NCBI GenBank assembly: GCA_049287045.1
Contig: JBAQFC010000010.1
Location: forward strand, 14,179 to 78,178
Length of the DNA: 64,000 nt
Origin: Minisyncoccia bacterium
GTDB taxonomy: Bacteria > Patescibacteriota > Minisyncoccia > Phycocordibacterales > UBA9973
Direction of reading: 5' to 3'
Shown one piece after another: positions 19,148 to 27,154 of the stretch. Numbering within the stretch: the first letter of the stretch is position 1; each line of letters opens with the position of its first letter. The position numbers and the translations under genes are program-made. The notes beneath the pieces were generated by a model, which was not told the DNA's origin, searched no databases, and saw nothing but the letters and a program-made list of their open reading frames with translations.

Positions 19148-19573
19148 ATGTGGGACCATCGTAAAAATACAAGGAGGGAACATTGGTATATTTATGAAAA
19201 ATTACCTTTTAAGCCTCATCGTCCTGAATATGGTAAAGAAAAAATTATTTGGGAGACCGATATAATTATCGACCACGATACGACAGAATTTGATAAATAT
19301 AATTGTTTTGACGAGGTGTTGCGTGATAAAACTGAGCAATTCCTTGTGACAGATATTATTTATGAACCATTGTTTAATGATGGTGATAATTTTGGTAAGT
19401 GGGTAATAAAATTACATAAAATTGAAAATGGTAAGTTGACCAAAAAGTATCAAACAAGATATGAAAGTCGAGCATCATTATCAATACGTTTTGTAAAAAA
19501 AGCTAATTACAAAGAAGTATCAATAATGAAAGAGGAGTACATAACTCTTATAGTTAATTCAGACAAAAAATAA
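19148..19573 (+). CDS. Hypothetical protein (141 aa)
   Basis: Second gene of the cassette. A terminator hairpin lies at 19590-19608. Confidence 0.4.
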   Translation: MWDHRKNTRREHWYIYEKLPFKPHRPEYGKEKIIWETDIIIDHDTTEFDKYNCFDEVLRDKTEQFLVTDIIYEPLFNDGDNFGKWVIKLHKIENGKLTKKYQTRYESRASLSIRFVKKANYKEVSIMKEEYITLIVNSDKK

Positions 19574-19611
19574 TTTCAAAACCTTCCTTAAACAAGGAGG
19601 TTTTTTTATTT

Positions 19612-19668
19612 GTGACCCAAACAGAACGGAATTGGAACCTTATTGTAAGTAATATAAGGGGATTTAAG
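19612..19668 (+). repeat. Cassette repeat copy R6
   Basis: gtgacccaaacagaacggaattggaaccttattgtaagtaatataaggggatttaag. Confidence 0.6.
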
Positions 19669-19722
19669 ACTATGTTTACATATTAAGCTAGTATTTTCTG
19701 GTTTAAGTGGTATATTGTACTT

Positions 19723-20418
19723 ATGTCACAAGAATTTAATTTTAAACTTGAGCCAATACATACAACAAAAGATTTAGATGCATTAACAAAGTCTAATAAT
19801 CAAAAATACGGTGATTTTGACTCAAATACAAGGAGTCTTGATAAAAGATTTATAGATACATTCACAAATACACTAAAGGGTGAATTTAATAATGTAATTG
19901 TTTGTGGTGCAAATAAAGGAGAAGAAGTAAAAATTATAAAAGATATTAATCCAACCGCAGAGATTACAGCTCTTGATATTTCTGATGTTGCACTTGAGAA
20001 ATTACATAATACAGAAGGCCTCCAAGATGTAAAATGCTTACATAAAGATTTAGAGAATACAACTGCAAATGATAAACAATTTGATATATATGTTGCTCTT
20101 CGAACAATTCCATCATCAAATGTAGATATGGCAAAAGCTTTAAATGAAGCAATGAGAATTACAAAAAATAAAATAGTTCTTTCTGTTCCAAATGGATATG
20201 TAATTGATGGAAAGATTTTTAATGGAATGTACGAATATGAAGGAAAAACAATTGATAAAACTATCCCTTTCGAGATAAGGGAGGAACTAGCTAAGTATTT
20301 CGAATTACATGGCTGGGGTGTCACATATGGTGAATCAGATGGAGATCTTTTTATAACTGCTATTCCAACACCAGGAGAAAATGCACATATTCCTGATTCT
20401 CGAGCTAATTTAATTTAA
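19723..20418 (+). CDS. Class I SAM-dependent methyltransferase-like protein
   Basis: Motif I-like VIVCGANKGEEV, motif II-like ALDISD, and FDIYVALRTIP. Confidence 0.35.
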   Translation: MSQEFNFKLEPIHTTKDLDALTKSNNQKYGDFDSNTRSLDKRFIDTFTNTLKGEFNNVIVCGANKGEEVKIIKDINPTAEITALDISDVALEKLHNTEGLQDVKCLHKDLENTTANDKQFDIYVALRTIPSSNVDMAKALNEAMRITKNKIVLSVPNGYVIDGKIFNGMYEYEGKTIDKTIPFEIREELAKYFELHGWGVTYGESDGDLFITAIPTPGENAHIPDSRANLI

Positions 20419-20427
20419 TTTTTATCT

Positions 20428-20485
20428 GTGACCCAAACGGGACGGAATTGGAACCTTATTGTAAGTAATATAAGGGGATTTAGGG
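20428..20485 (+). repeat. Cassette repeat copy R7 (closest to the consensus)
   Basis: gtgacccaaacgggacggaattggaaccttattgtaagtaatataaggggatttaggg. Confidence 0.65.
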
Positions 20486-20563
20486 AATTTACAGAAATAA
20501 AAAGAGCCTCCCATGATTATGGCAGACTCTTATGTAATTAATTAAACTCACTTTATATAAAAA

Positions 20564-21160
20564 TTAAAAGCCAAGCTTTGTTCTGATTTCTTTTATAAAC
20601 TCAGGATTTCTATTTGATTCTTCAATAAAACATTTTGGTACACTTACCTGAAACTCAAAAGATGGAACATTTTTTTCATAGTGATTGTCTATATATCTCA
20701 AATAAACAGATATAGAGTGGAAAACTCTCCCTTCAAGTTTCATACTTGGCTTAACATTAAACAGAAGCCACATGTGAAAGTTTAATAGTTTTCTGTAAAA
20801 ATCCTCTCGTGCTAAACCAATGTGTGATTCTTCACTATAACTAATGTTGCATTGTTTTGTTGTTTTCAGAGAATTAATACCTATTATTCCATAGTTGTTT
20901 TCGAGATTCTTGTCAACTACTAAGATTTTGCTCATAGCTTTTGGAGCTTCAAAAAGTGTTGTACTATATACATCTCCATGTGAACGACGGAATAATTCTT
21001 TTACTCGAGATCCAGATGATTTATTAATATTAAATCCCATTAATCTTAAAATGGATTCTAGTTTTGGTTCTATCGAATATTTCGATTCAACCATTGCATA
21101 TCCATTCCATAAGCCAGTTTGATTCAACATGGCAGTTTCTAAAAAGTTTTTCTTTTTCAT
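20564..21160 (-). CDS. Hypothetical protein (198 aa)
   Basis: Cassette ORF on the opposite strand, so the repeat lies 3' of this gene. Confidence 0.4.
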   Translation of the reverse strand: MKKKNFLETAMLNQTGLWNGYAMVESKYSIEPKLESILRLMGFNINKSSGSRVKELFRRSHGDVYSTTLFEAPKAMSKILVVDKNLENNYGIIGINSLKTTKQCNISYSEESHIGLAREDFYRKLLNFHMWLLFNVKPSMKLEGRVFHSISVYLRYIDNHYEKNVPSFEFQVSVPKCFIEESNRNPEFIKEIRTKLGF

Positions 21161-21303
21161 TTTATATTTATTTAATTGTTAGTTATTAGGTTACCTTTAC
21201 TTCCTTAAAGAAGCATAGGAAACCCAATAATGAGAACAAAAAATAAAAATATCAAAGAACTATCACTAGATGTATGATAGCATAATTAAGTTAAAAAGTC
21301 AAG

Positions 21304-21361
21304 GTGACCCAAACGGGACGGAATTGGAACCAGATTGTACGGAATATAAGGGGATTTAGGG
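21304..21361 (+). repeat. Cassette repeat copy R8
   Basis: gtgacccaaacgggacggaattggaaccagattgtacggaatataaggggatttaggg. Confidence 0.65.
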
Positions 21362-21368
21362 TCTTCTG

Positions 21369-21397
21369 TTGCTAAATCATATAATAAATTGTAATGT
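21369..21397 (+). promoter_or_regulatory. Repeat-associated promoter TTGCTA-N17-TAATGT
   Basis: ttgctaaatcatataataaattgtaatgt. A GGAGG ribosome-binding site lies at 21419-21423. Confidence 0.5.
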
Positions 21398-21429
21398 AAA
21401 ATAAAAGTAAATTAAAAAAGGAGGTAAAA

Positions 21430-22044
21430 ATGGAATATATAGCTACAAGAAATCGTTGTGCTGTCATATTAAATTCATTAAATCTGCCAATCTCAAATGA
21501 AGAAACCTTAAAAATATTAAAAATAAAAGGTTTTGAAAAAAAAGAAGTAGATCTAATTGAATTAGCTAGACAGTGTATTGGTAAATCACAATATCGGCGA
21601 GGTGTAAAAATTTCTGAGGCTCCTGCAGTTTTAGACTGCTCTAGTTTTATGAAATATTTATATTCTCAACGTGGAATTTGGTTACCAAGAAGATCAATTC
21701 AGCAACGTGAATTAGGAGAAATTATTAAACTAGAAGAAGTTTTGTTTGGTGATTTAATTTTTATTTCTGGTTGCATTGATTATTACATTGATAATCCTTT
21801 AGATGGGGTTGGACATGTTGGAATTGTAGCTGATAAAAATACTGTTATTCATGCTGCCAATAGAAAGAATGGAGTTATAGAATCATCAATAACTGATTTT
21901 GTTGGAAAAGAAAAATTTCGTGGGGCAAGGAGATATGTTCCTAATGGTATTGAGGTTATCACTTTAACTGTTCCTTCTAACAGAGACGTTGAATTTTCAG
22001 ATGATCTAAGGTGGATTGTTTTACAATCTTTACCAAGAATTTGA
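21430..22044 (+). CDS. NlpC/P60 family cysteine peptidase
   Basis: Catalytic Cys context DCSSFMKY, His context GHVGIV, and a third polar residue VIHAAN. Confidence 0.6.
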   Translation: MEYIATRNRCAVILNSLNLPISNEETLKILKIKGFEKKEVDLIELARQCIGKSQYRRGVKISEAPAVLDCSSFMKYLYSQRGIWLPRRSIQQRELGEIIKLEEVLFGDLIFISGCIDYYIDNPLDGVGHVGIVADKNTVIHAANRKNGVIESSITDFVGKEKFRGARRYVPNGIEVITLTVPSNRDVEFSDDLRWIVLQSLPRI

Positions 22045-22092
22045 TCTGATCTAAAGTTCTGGGCAAAATAATTGTCCAGAACTTTTTTATTA

Positions 22093-22121
22093 TATGCTTC
22101 TCGTGCTAACACGTGATGGTG
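22093..22121 (+). repeat. Truncated cassette repeat R9, marking the right boundary of the array
   Basis: tatgcttctcgtgctaacacgtgatggtga matches the 5' extension of R5 (18530-18558) and then diverges. It is preceded by the terminator of the NlpC/P60 gene. Confidence 0.55.
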
Positions 22122-22277
22122 AACTCTATGTTAAGTTCTTTAATGACCTTGTAAAGATAATATTTAACTTTGAAAAACCATTAAATTATCAGGTTTTGCA
22201 ACAAGAGATGCTTCCCGTTTCTTCCCTTAATGGTATTTAAATACAAGGCAAATACATTTTAAAAATGTATTGTGTAT

Positions 22278-23228
22278 TTAAACCTTTTTTGGTTTATCGT
22301 ATGTATAAAGAAATTGTGCAACTTTATTAAGTTCTATGAGTAAATCTTTATTTTTGTGAAAACCAAAATTAAGAGACCTCATTAAGTTGTAAATATTTAT
22401 GGTGTGTATTGCTCCTTTGTTGTTGGTTATATCTTTTCTGTTAACTTTTTTCCCTGACTCCTGATTAGGATATCGTGCAATGATTACAATTCTTGGGCTA
22501 AGAATAAAAGTTTGTTCTCTGGATAGAAAATCATTACCAAAAAATTCTTTACTGAGGGCTATGTCTTGATAAGGTGTGTCTGTAGTAATAAAATCTCCAT
22601 TTCTTGAAACATATATTTTCCAATATTTTGCTGTAAGTAAATTACAAAACCCTTGCATATCTTTCATAATCCGTAAATGATGCATATTACCAAAATCAAC
22701 AGAGTACTCACCTTTATTCGCAAATTCAGTCATCTCTTCTTGCGTTATACCTAGTTTATCCATTTCAGCTTTTGTTTCTGGATTTTTATCCATAAAAGGA
22801 ATAGACATCTTACTAATTTCCTTTACAAAATACTCTGACATACTCTTAGATTCTTCCCTGTATTTTTTACCCTTAAAATGCAAAAACAACATACACTGAG
22901 ATAGATTAAATTTATCTCCTTCTGTAATTTGTGCATTATCTAGGATCTTCTTTTCAATTTTTGGCAATTCAATAGAAAAAATACCCTCAATTTCTGTAAA
23001 CCTTTCTTCTATTATTTGGCTAGTTTTATCTGCTTTTCCTGTATGTTGAGCATAGAAGAAGTTTTCAAAACAAAATCTAATTGGGTTTGATTTGTTATTA
23101 AATATTTTAAGTTGTGGGGGTTCTTTGTTTTCTATCTTTACAGGGTAAAAACTTTCATCTTCATCACACCATTGACGCAGATAGAATTGAGGAACATAGT
23201 GTTGCTTTTTTGTTGGTTTCTTTTCCAT
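22278..23228 (-). CDS. DUF4238-family protein (N-terminal HYVPQFYLRQW motif)
   Basis: The HYVPQFYL signature near the N-terminus is characteristic of DUF4238 (PF14022) as I recall it. Last gene of a three-gene minus-strand operon. Confidence 0.5.
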   Translation of the reverse strand: MEKKPTKKQHYVPQFYLRQWCDEDESFYPVKIENKEPPQLKIFNNKSNPIRFCFENFFYAQHTGKADKTSQIIEERFTEIEGIFSIELPKIEKKILDNAQITEGDKFNLSQCMLFLHFKGKKYREESKSMSEYFVKEISKMSIPFMDKNPETKAEMDKLGITQEEMTEFANKGEYSVDFGNMHHLRIMKDMQGFCNLLTAKYWKIYVSRNGDFITTDTPYQDIALSKEFFGNDFLSREQTFILSPRIVIIARYPNQESGKKVNRKDITNNKGAIHTINIYNLMRSLNFGFHKNKDLLIELNKVAQFLYTYDKPKKV

Positions 23229-23248
23229 ACATATAATTTTTTGCTGAT

Positions 23249-23545
23249 TTAATAGGGTTCATCTACTGTGTCCACAGTGGATAGGTTATCAAGAACATTC
23301 CCCATGTCTTCATAGGAAGACCATGCATAATCTCTTGCTTCTTCAATAATTGAATTAGCGTCCTCAATATTATTATTGGCTTCCTCAAGAGCATATTGAT
23401 ATTCTTCAAGTTGGCTTTCCTGTGAGGAAATTCTATCTTCCAACATAGCCCTTTCTCCATGGTTAGAACTTCCAGATGACCAAGAGATAATGAGTAAGAC
23501 CAGTAGGATGATTGATGTGTATTTGTATTTATTATCTGTTTCCAT
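23249..23545 (-). CDS. Small membrane-anchored or secreted acidic coiled-coil protein
   Basis: N-terminal hydrophobic segment ILLVLLIISWSSG followed by an acidic heptad-like region. 21 bp from its neighbour downstream and 8 bp from its neighbour upstream. Confidence 0.4.
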   Translation of the reverse strand: METDNKYKYTSIILLVLLIISWSSGSSNHGERAMLEDRISSQESQLEEYQYALEEANNNIEDANSIIEEARDYAWSSYEDMGNVLDNLSTVDTVDEPY

Positions 23546-23552
23546 AAATTAT

Positions 23553-26378
23553 TTATTCTTCTTTATTGGCTTCAAATTCTTCTTTTTCCTCTCTTAATCT
23601 TCTTACATAGTCTTCATCACTTCTCGCTATATCTATATCCAAGTGCTTGATTTCTTTCTTGCAGAATTTCTTTACTCTTTTATTTTTAGTTTTTTGCATT
23701 TCCTCGTTAAGGCTATTTCTTAAAGCTCTTAAAGCATTTCCATGAATATTATCCTCAGGGCTTCCTGATAAAACTCCTGTGCTTCTCATTCTACCACCTA
23801 CCGTATTCCAAATTTCTTTATTATCTGTAGCAGCAACTATTTTGAAACAAATATCAAAATTAGGTGTTTCAATAAGAGGAAAAAGAGATAAGACCTTTTT
23901 TAGGTTTATTTCTTTTTCGCTGGCAACAAGTTCTTCTAATACTTGGGTAAGTGCATTACCACCAATTTCATGAATAAGTTTTCCTAAGTCCATGGCATAT
24001 AAATCTCTACGCTCATTTACCTTAGAAATCCAAGTTTTTAACACTTTAGGATATTTCGGGTGGTCTTTAATCAAATCAGCAATATCAGTTGAAAAATGAT
24101 ATGGGAATGCAATGTATCTTGTTTCAGGTTGTTGTGCTTCTCTGTTTAGTCGTCTGCTATAGATAGACATCATCAATTCAAAATCCACCTTACCAATTCC
24201 GTTAATAACTTGTTCGTGATTATAGTCTAACTCTTGTGCTTCAACTGCTAAATCAGCCAACTCTTTGAGTTCTTCTGGTGTCCAATCTGAAAGTTCTATC
24301 CACTTAAAATGAACAGCTGTACCAATGTGGTCAAAAAAAGACTTTTCAAACTTAGGCTGACTTTTCATTTGCTCTAATAGTAATTTTCTGAAAACTTTAG
24401 GGTTAGATTCATAGAGATATGTAATGCATCTTCCAATTTGGTATTGAAGCCTTGAGTTTTCTTTATCTAGGAAAGAGAAATTATTTTGAGCCTTAGAAAT
24501 ATCAACAATTAAAGCAATGTCTTCTTTTCTTATATTTAAATCATCTCGTTTTCTCATTTCAAAGGATTGGAGTAGTTGAATGGTCAATTCAATTGATTTA
24601 TCTCTTTTAGCTTGGTTTGCATATTTATCCCATAGAGAGAGTGAACTGATTCTCAAGCCAAAGATAAAACTTCCTGCAAATAAATAAAGATCGCTTTTGT
24701 CTTTGTATATTTTCTGAAGAAATTTGTCTGTTAATTTTGGTTTACTTTTTCCTATTCTTGCCAAAAAATCACGGAATATATTAAAATGCCAATCCTCGGT
24801 ATTGTCCTTAAAAATACTTATCTTTTCCAATGTCTTGCACCATGAGTCAAGATTTTTTTCATTTATAGACTCTAAGTTACCTTTAATTTTTTCCTCTCTT
24901 TCTTTTTCTACAACATTATAGTCAGCGTCAATTCTTAAACGGTGTGGCTCTCCTACAAAGAGTCTATAAAGACTATAGTCATTTTTTGATGAACGCAGAG
25001 TTTGTAAAAGTTTTTCGTGGCCAGGTATAATACGCTTCCAAACTTTAAGCAAAGCAAGTTGACACTCTACTTCATAAACTACAGGAAAAGAATCTATAGG
25101 GTTTCCTTTTGGGTTAAGTACAATTTTTTTATATTTTCCAATAATATACTTTGCCTCTTCATCAAGCATAGAACGGAAAGCATCCTCTGCGTCACTGTCA
25201 GCAAATCCATGGTCTGGTAAATGAAAGACCCTTGAAAGACTCTTCAGGGCTTGAATTTTATTAGGGAAATTACTGCTATGTTGAATTATTTCTAATAGCA
25301 AATTAATTGAATCTTTTCTTATTTTCATTAGATACGGGGTAGCTTGAAGTGCTCCTATGTGAAAAGTGATTGTTCTCATATCCGGATTTGAAGTACCTTC
25401 AAAATCAGGTTCTAGGAGGTTTCCAAGAATCACTACTACCAAGTTTTCTATTTTTTCATCTCTCAAAGATAAAGGCTGCTCCAGAGAATCAAAGAGTATT
25501 CTTTGGGGTCCATACCCTATAGAATTCAGAACGTGGAAATTGTATTTAGAAATAGAAAGTATAACCTTTTTTGCTTGTTCCCTTATCGTTTCTTCTTTGT
25601 CCATAAGAAAGATAAAAAGGGCTTCAATAACTTTTTGTGTTTCTTGATAAGTAATTTTTTCTAAAAGTTTAATATAAGAAGATTTAGAGTCAGTATCTCC
25701 GTACTGTCTTATCTCGTTTGCAATTGAAAAAGCCAAATCTATTAATGGGAATCTTCCAGTATTTGTTCTGTAAAAAACTAATTGCTCTAGTGTTGCTAAT
25801 CTTTCCGCAGCTATGCGTTCTTGAGGAGTGCCTTTGCCAAGATCTTTAAGATATTTAGAGATTATTTTATCGTTAGATTCATTTCTGTGATGGAGGCAAA
25901 TCTTTTTCCACTCCTTGGGGTAATTTTTTTCTGTCTGGGTTATTTTGTTCTTTTCAATGAAATATATTGAAATAGTATGACTTGGAATTTGCTCCTTTTC
26001 TGCTAAGTAATTATTAATAAACTCAGGAGACAAATACGCCCAATAAGCTAGATTTTTATTGGGGTCAACCCCAATAAGTAAAACTGGTGTTGAAGAATCA
26101 TGAGCGTGCGCTAAAAGAGTTGGTTTGCATGTTGTGAATGGTTTCCCATTTTTAGTATATAAAAGTGGCTTTACTTGGACTTGTAGGGATAAACCAGACA
26201 TCTCCCTAGAATCTGTTAATAAGTGAAAATAGCCATCAATATTAGGAAAGTCATCATCTCCACCAGTAATCTGAGATATTACAGAATCATTCAGTAATAT
26301 TTCTAAAACAGCATTTTCTTTCTTCTCAATGCTTTTACTTTTGGAATATTTAGCTTTTCTTAAAATTTGCTTAGCCAT
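23553..26378 (-). CDS. Large (941 aa) protein with an N-terminal DUF4365 / PD-(D/E)xK-like nuclease-fold domain and a C-terminal alpha-helical repeat region
   Basis: N-terminal DFPNIDGYFHLL...LQVQVK...LLIGVDPNKNLAYWAYL matches the DUF4365 pattern (D.GiDg ... QvK ... yw). No Walker A motif. The remaining ~750 aa are helical and repetitive. Confidence 0.5.
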   Translation of the reverse strand: MAKQILRKAKYSKSKSIEKKENAVLEILLNDSVISQITGGDDDFPNIDGYFHLLTDSREMSGLSLQVQVKPLLYTKNGKPFTTCKPTLLAHAHDSSTPVLLIGVDPNKNLAYWAYLSPEFINNYLAEKEQIPSHTISIYFIEKNKITQTEKNYPKEWKKICLHHRNESNDKIISKYLKDLGKGTPQERIAAERLATLEQLVFYRTNTGRFPLIDLAFSIANEIRQYGDTDSKSSYIKLLEKITYQETQKVIEALFIFLMDKEETIREQAKKVILSISKYNFHVLNSIGYGPQRILFDSLEQPLSLRDEKIENLVVVILGNLLEPDFEGTSNPDMRTITFHIGALQATPYLMKIRKDSINLLLEIIQHSSNFPNKIQALKSLSRVFHLPDHGFADSDAEDAFRSMLDEEAKYIIGKYKKIVLNPKGNPIDSFPVVYEVECQLALLKVWKRIIPGHEKLLQTLRSSKNDYSLYRLFVGEPHRLRIDADYNVVEKEREEKIKGNLESINEKNLDSWCKTLEKISIFKDNTEDWHFNIFRDFLARIGKSKPKLTDKFLQKIYKDKSDLYLFAGSFIFGLRISSLSLWDKYANQAKRDKSIELTIQLLQSFEMRKRDDLNIRKEDIALIVDISKAQNNFSFLDKENSRLQYQIGRCITYLYESNPKVFRKLLLEQMKSQPKFEKSFFDHIGTAVHFKWIELSDWTPEELKELADLAVEAQELDYNHEQVINGIGKVDFELMMSIYSRRLNREAQQPETRYIAFPYHFSTDIADLIKDHPKYPKVLKTWISKVNERRDLYAMDLGKLIHEIGGNALTQVLEELVASEKEINLKKVLSLFPLIETPNFDICFKIVAATDNKEIWNTVGGRMRSTGVLSGSPEDNIHGNALRALRNSLNEEMQKTKNKRVKKFCKKEIKHLDIDIARSDEDYVRRLREEKEEFEANKEE

Positions 26379-26410
26379 AAGCCCATTCTATCACTTTTGA
26401 TTCATTAAGT

Positions 26411-26551
26411 CTTGATTTACCTGATTAAATTAGCAGTTTTAGACAATAAAAATTTTGATTAAACTTGATTTAATTCACAGTTTTAGAGCCTAAAAAAAGT
26501 TTTGATACTTTTGATATATTTACCAGTTTTAGAGACCAGAAATGATTTTGT
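26411..26551. repeat. Three tandem ~46-bp imperfect repeats (TTGAT...CAGTTTTAGA...TTTTGAT) upstream of the 941-aa gene
   Basis: ttgatttacctgattaaattagcagttttagacaataaaaatt / ttgattaaacttgatttaattcacagttttagagcctaaaaaaagtt / ttgatacttttgatatatttaccagttttagagaccagaaatgatt. Confidence 0.6.
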
Positions 26552-26654
26552 TAAGGGTAATGGGTAATGGGGACAGCCACCATTAATTTGTATTTTGTAT
26601 GGTCTAATATATTATAGGTTAACGGATTACTAAGTATAAAAGAAATTAAATTAT

Positions 26655-26830
26655 TGTTGCGCTTTGCGCACACATCAGTGTAGTCACAAGTTACTAAGTA
26701 TAATTTTTCGCCTTGCTCAAATTCTACTAAGTACTCGCGACCCCGCCTCGCCTGTCGCTTTGCGACATGGCTGCGGCCTCACAAAAGCGAAAAGGAACAC
26801 CGCAGGGTGCTCCTTTTTTAAATACGCTTT
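26655..26830 (+). ncRNA. GC-rich structured segment ending in an intrinsic terminator; candidate small RNA or tRNA 3' trailer
   Basis: Local GC is far above the genome background. Hairpins gcgctttgcgc and gtcgctttgcgac are followed by the terminator ggaacaccgcagggtgctcctttttt (26795-26830). Confidence 0.25.
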
Positions 26831-26832
26831 TG

Positions 26833-26904
26833 TGACCCTACGCGGAATCGAACCGCGATTCTATCCTTGAGAAGGATATGTCCTAACCGTTAGACGATAG
26901 GGCC
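26833..26904 (-). tRNA. tRNA-Glu (anticodon CUC)
   Basis: Reverse complement GGCCCTATCGTCTAACGGTTAGGACATATCCTTCTCAAGGATAGAATCGCGGTTCGATTCCGCGTAGGGTCA folds with a 7-bp acceptor stem, D-arm, anticodon loop TTCTCAA and a GGTTCGATTCC T-arm. 72 nt; CCA is not encoded. Confidence 0.8.
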
Positions 26905-26950
26905 AATTACTAATTTCAGAAACTAAACATTTTATTAATTTTTTCTTTAC

Positions 26951-27006
26951 CTTCTCATAAGAAGGATATGTCCGCTATATTCTAACTTGGCTAGACGATA
27001 GGGCCC
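26951..27006 (-). pseudogene. tRNA-Glu 5'-half fragment with an 18-nt insertion in the D-loop region (pseudo-tRNA or att remnant)
   Basis: The reverse complement GGCCCTATCGTCTA...GGACATATCCTTCT is identical to tRNA-Glu positions 1-14 and 22-35, but carries an extra gccaagttagaatatagc and lacks the T-arm and 3' acceptor. Confidence 0.5.
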
Positions 27007-27154
27007 TAAACTATCTTTGATAGTCGGGCGAACATTTACTTTGTAAATGTTTTAGCCAAAACTACTTTTCCAATATAACATTTTTTAAGAAAAAACCAAA
27101 AATAAAAACGTGCACCATCTGGTTGCACGTCTTTTTTGTTAATAACTCTTTTAT

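Noticed and set aside
14244-22125. Classical integron attC sites as the identity of the cassette repeats
   Set aside because: Copies are highly conserved in sequence. They lack the R''-L''/L'-R' imperfect palindrome, and the only internal pairing (CCTTAT/ATAAGG) is not maintained across copies. No intI is present in the window. The similarity to the tRNA-Glu 3' end points to tRNA-att-type sites instead.
14244-22125. Riboswitch or 5'-UTR cis-regulatory RNA as the identity of the repeats
   Set aside because: The repeat lies 3' of the minus-strand genes at 20564-21160 and 15251-15724, and is not at a fixed distance from start codons. There is no conserved secondary structure.
26411-26551. CRISPR-like appearance of the GTTTTAGAG-containing tandem repeats
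   Set aside because: Only about 10-15 nt of each ~46-bp unit is conserved. There are only three units, they are not identical repeats separated by unique spacers, and no cas genes are present. Treated as tandem regulatory or att-like repeats instead.
26664-26870. 68-aa ORF overlapping the GC-rich segment and the tRNA
   Set aside because: It overlaps a tRNA gene and a terminator, and its open frame is explained by local GC richness.
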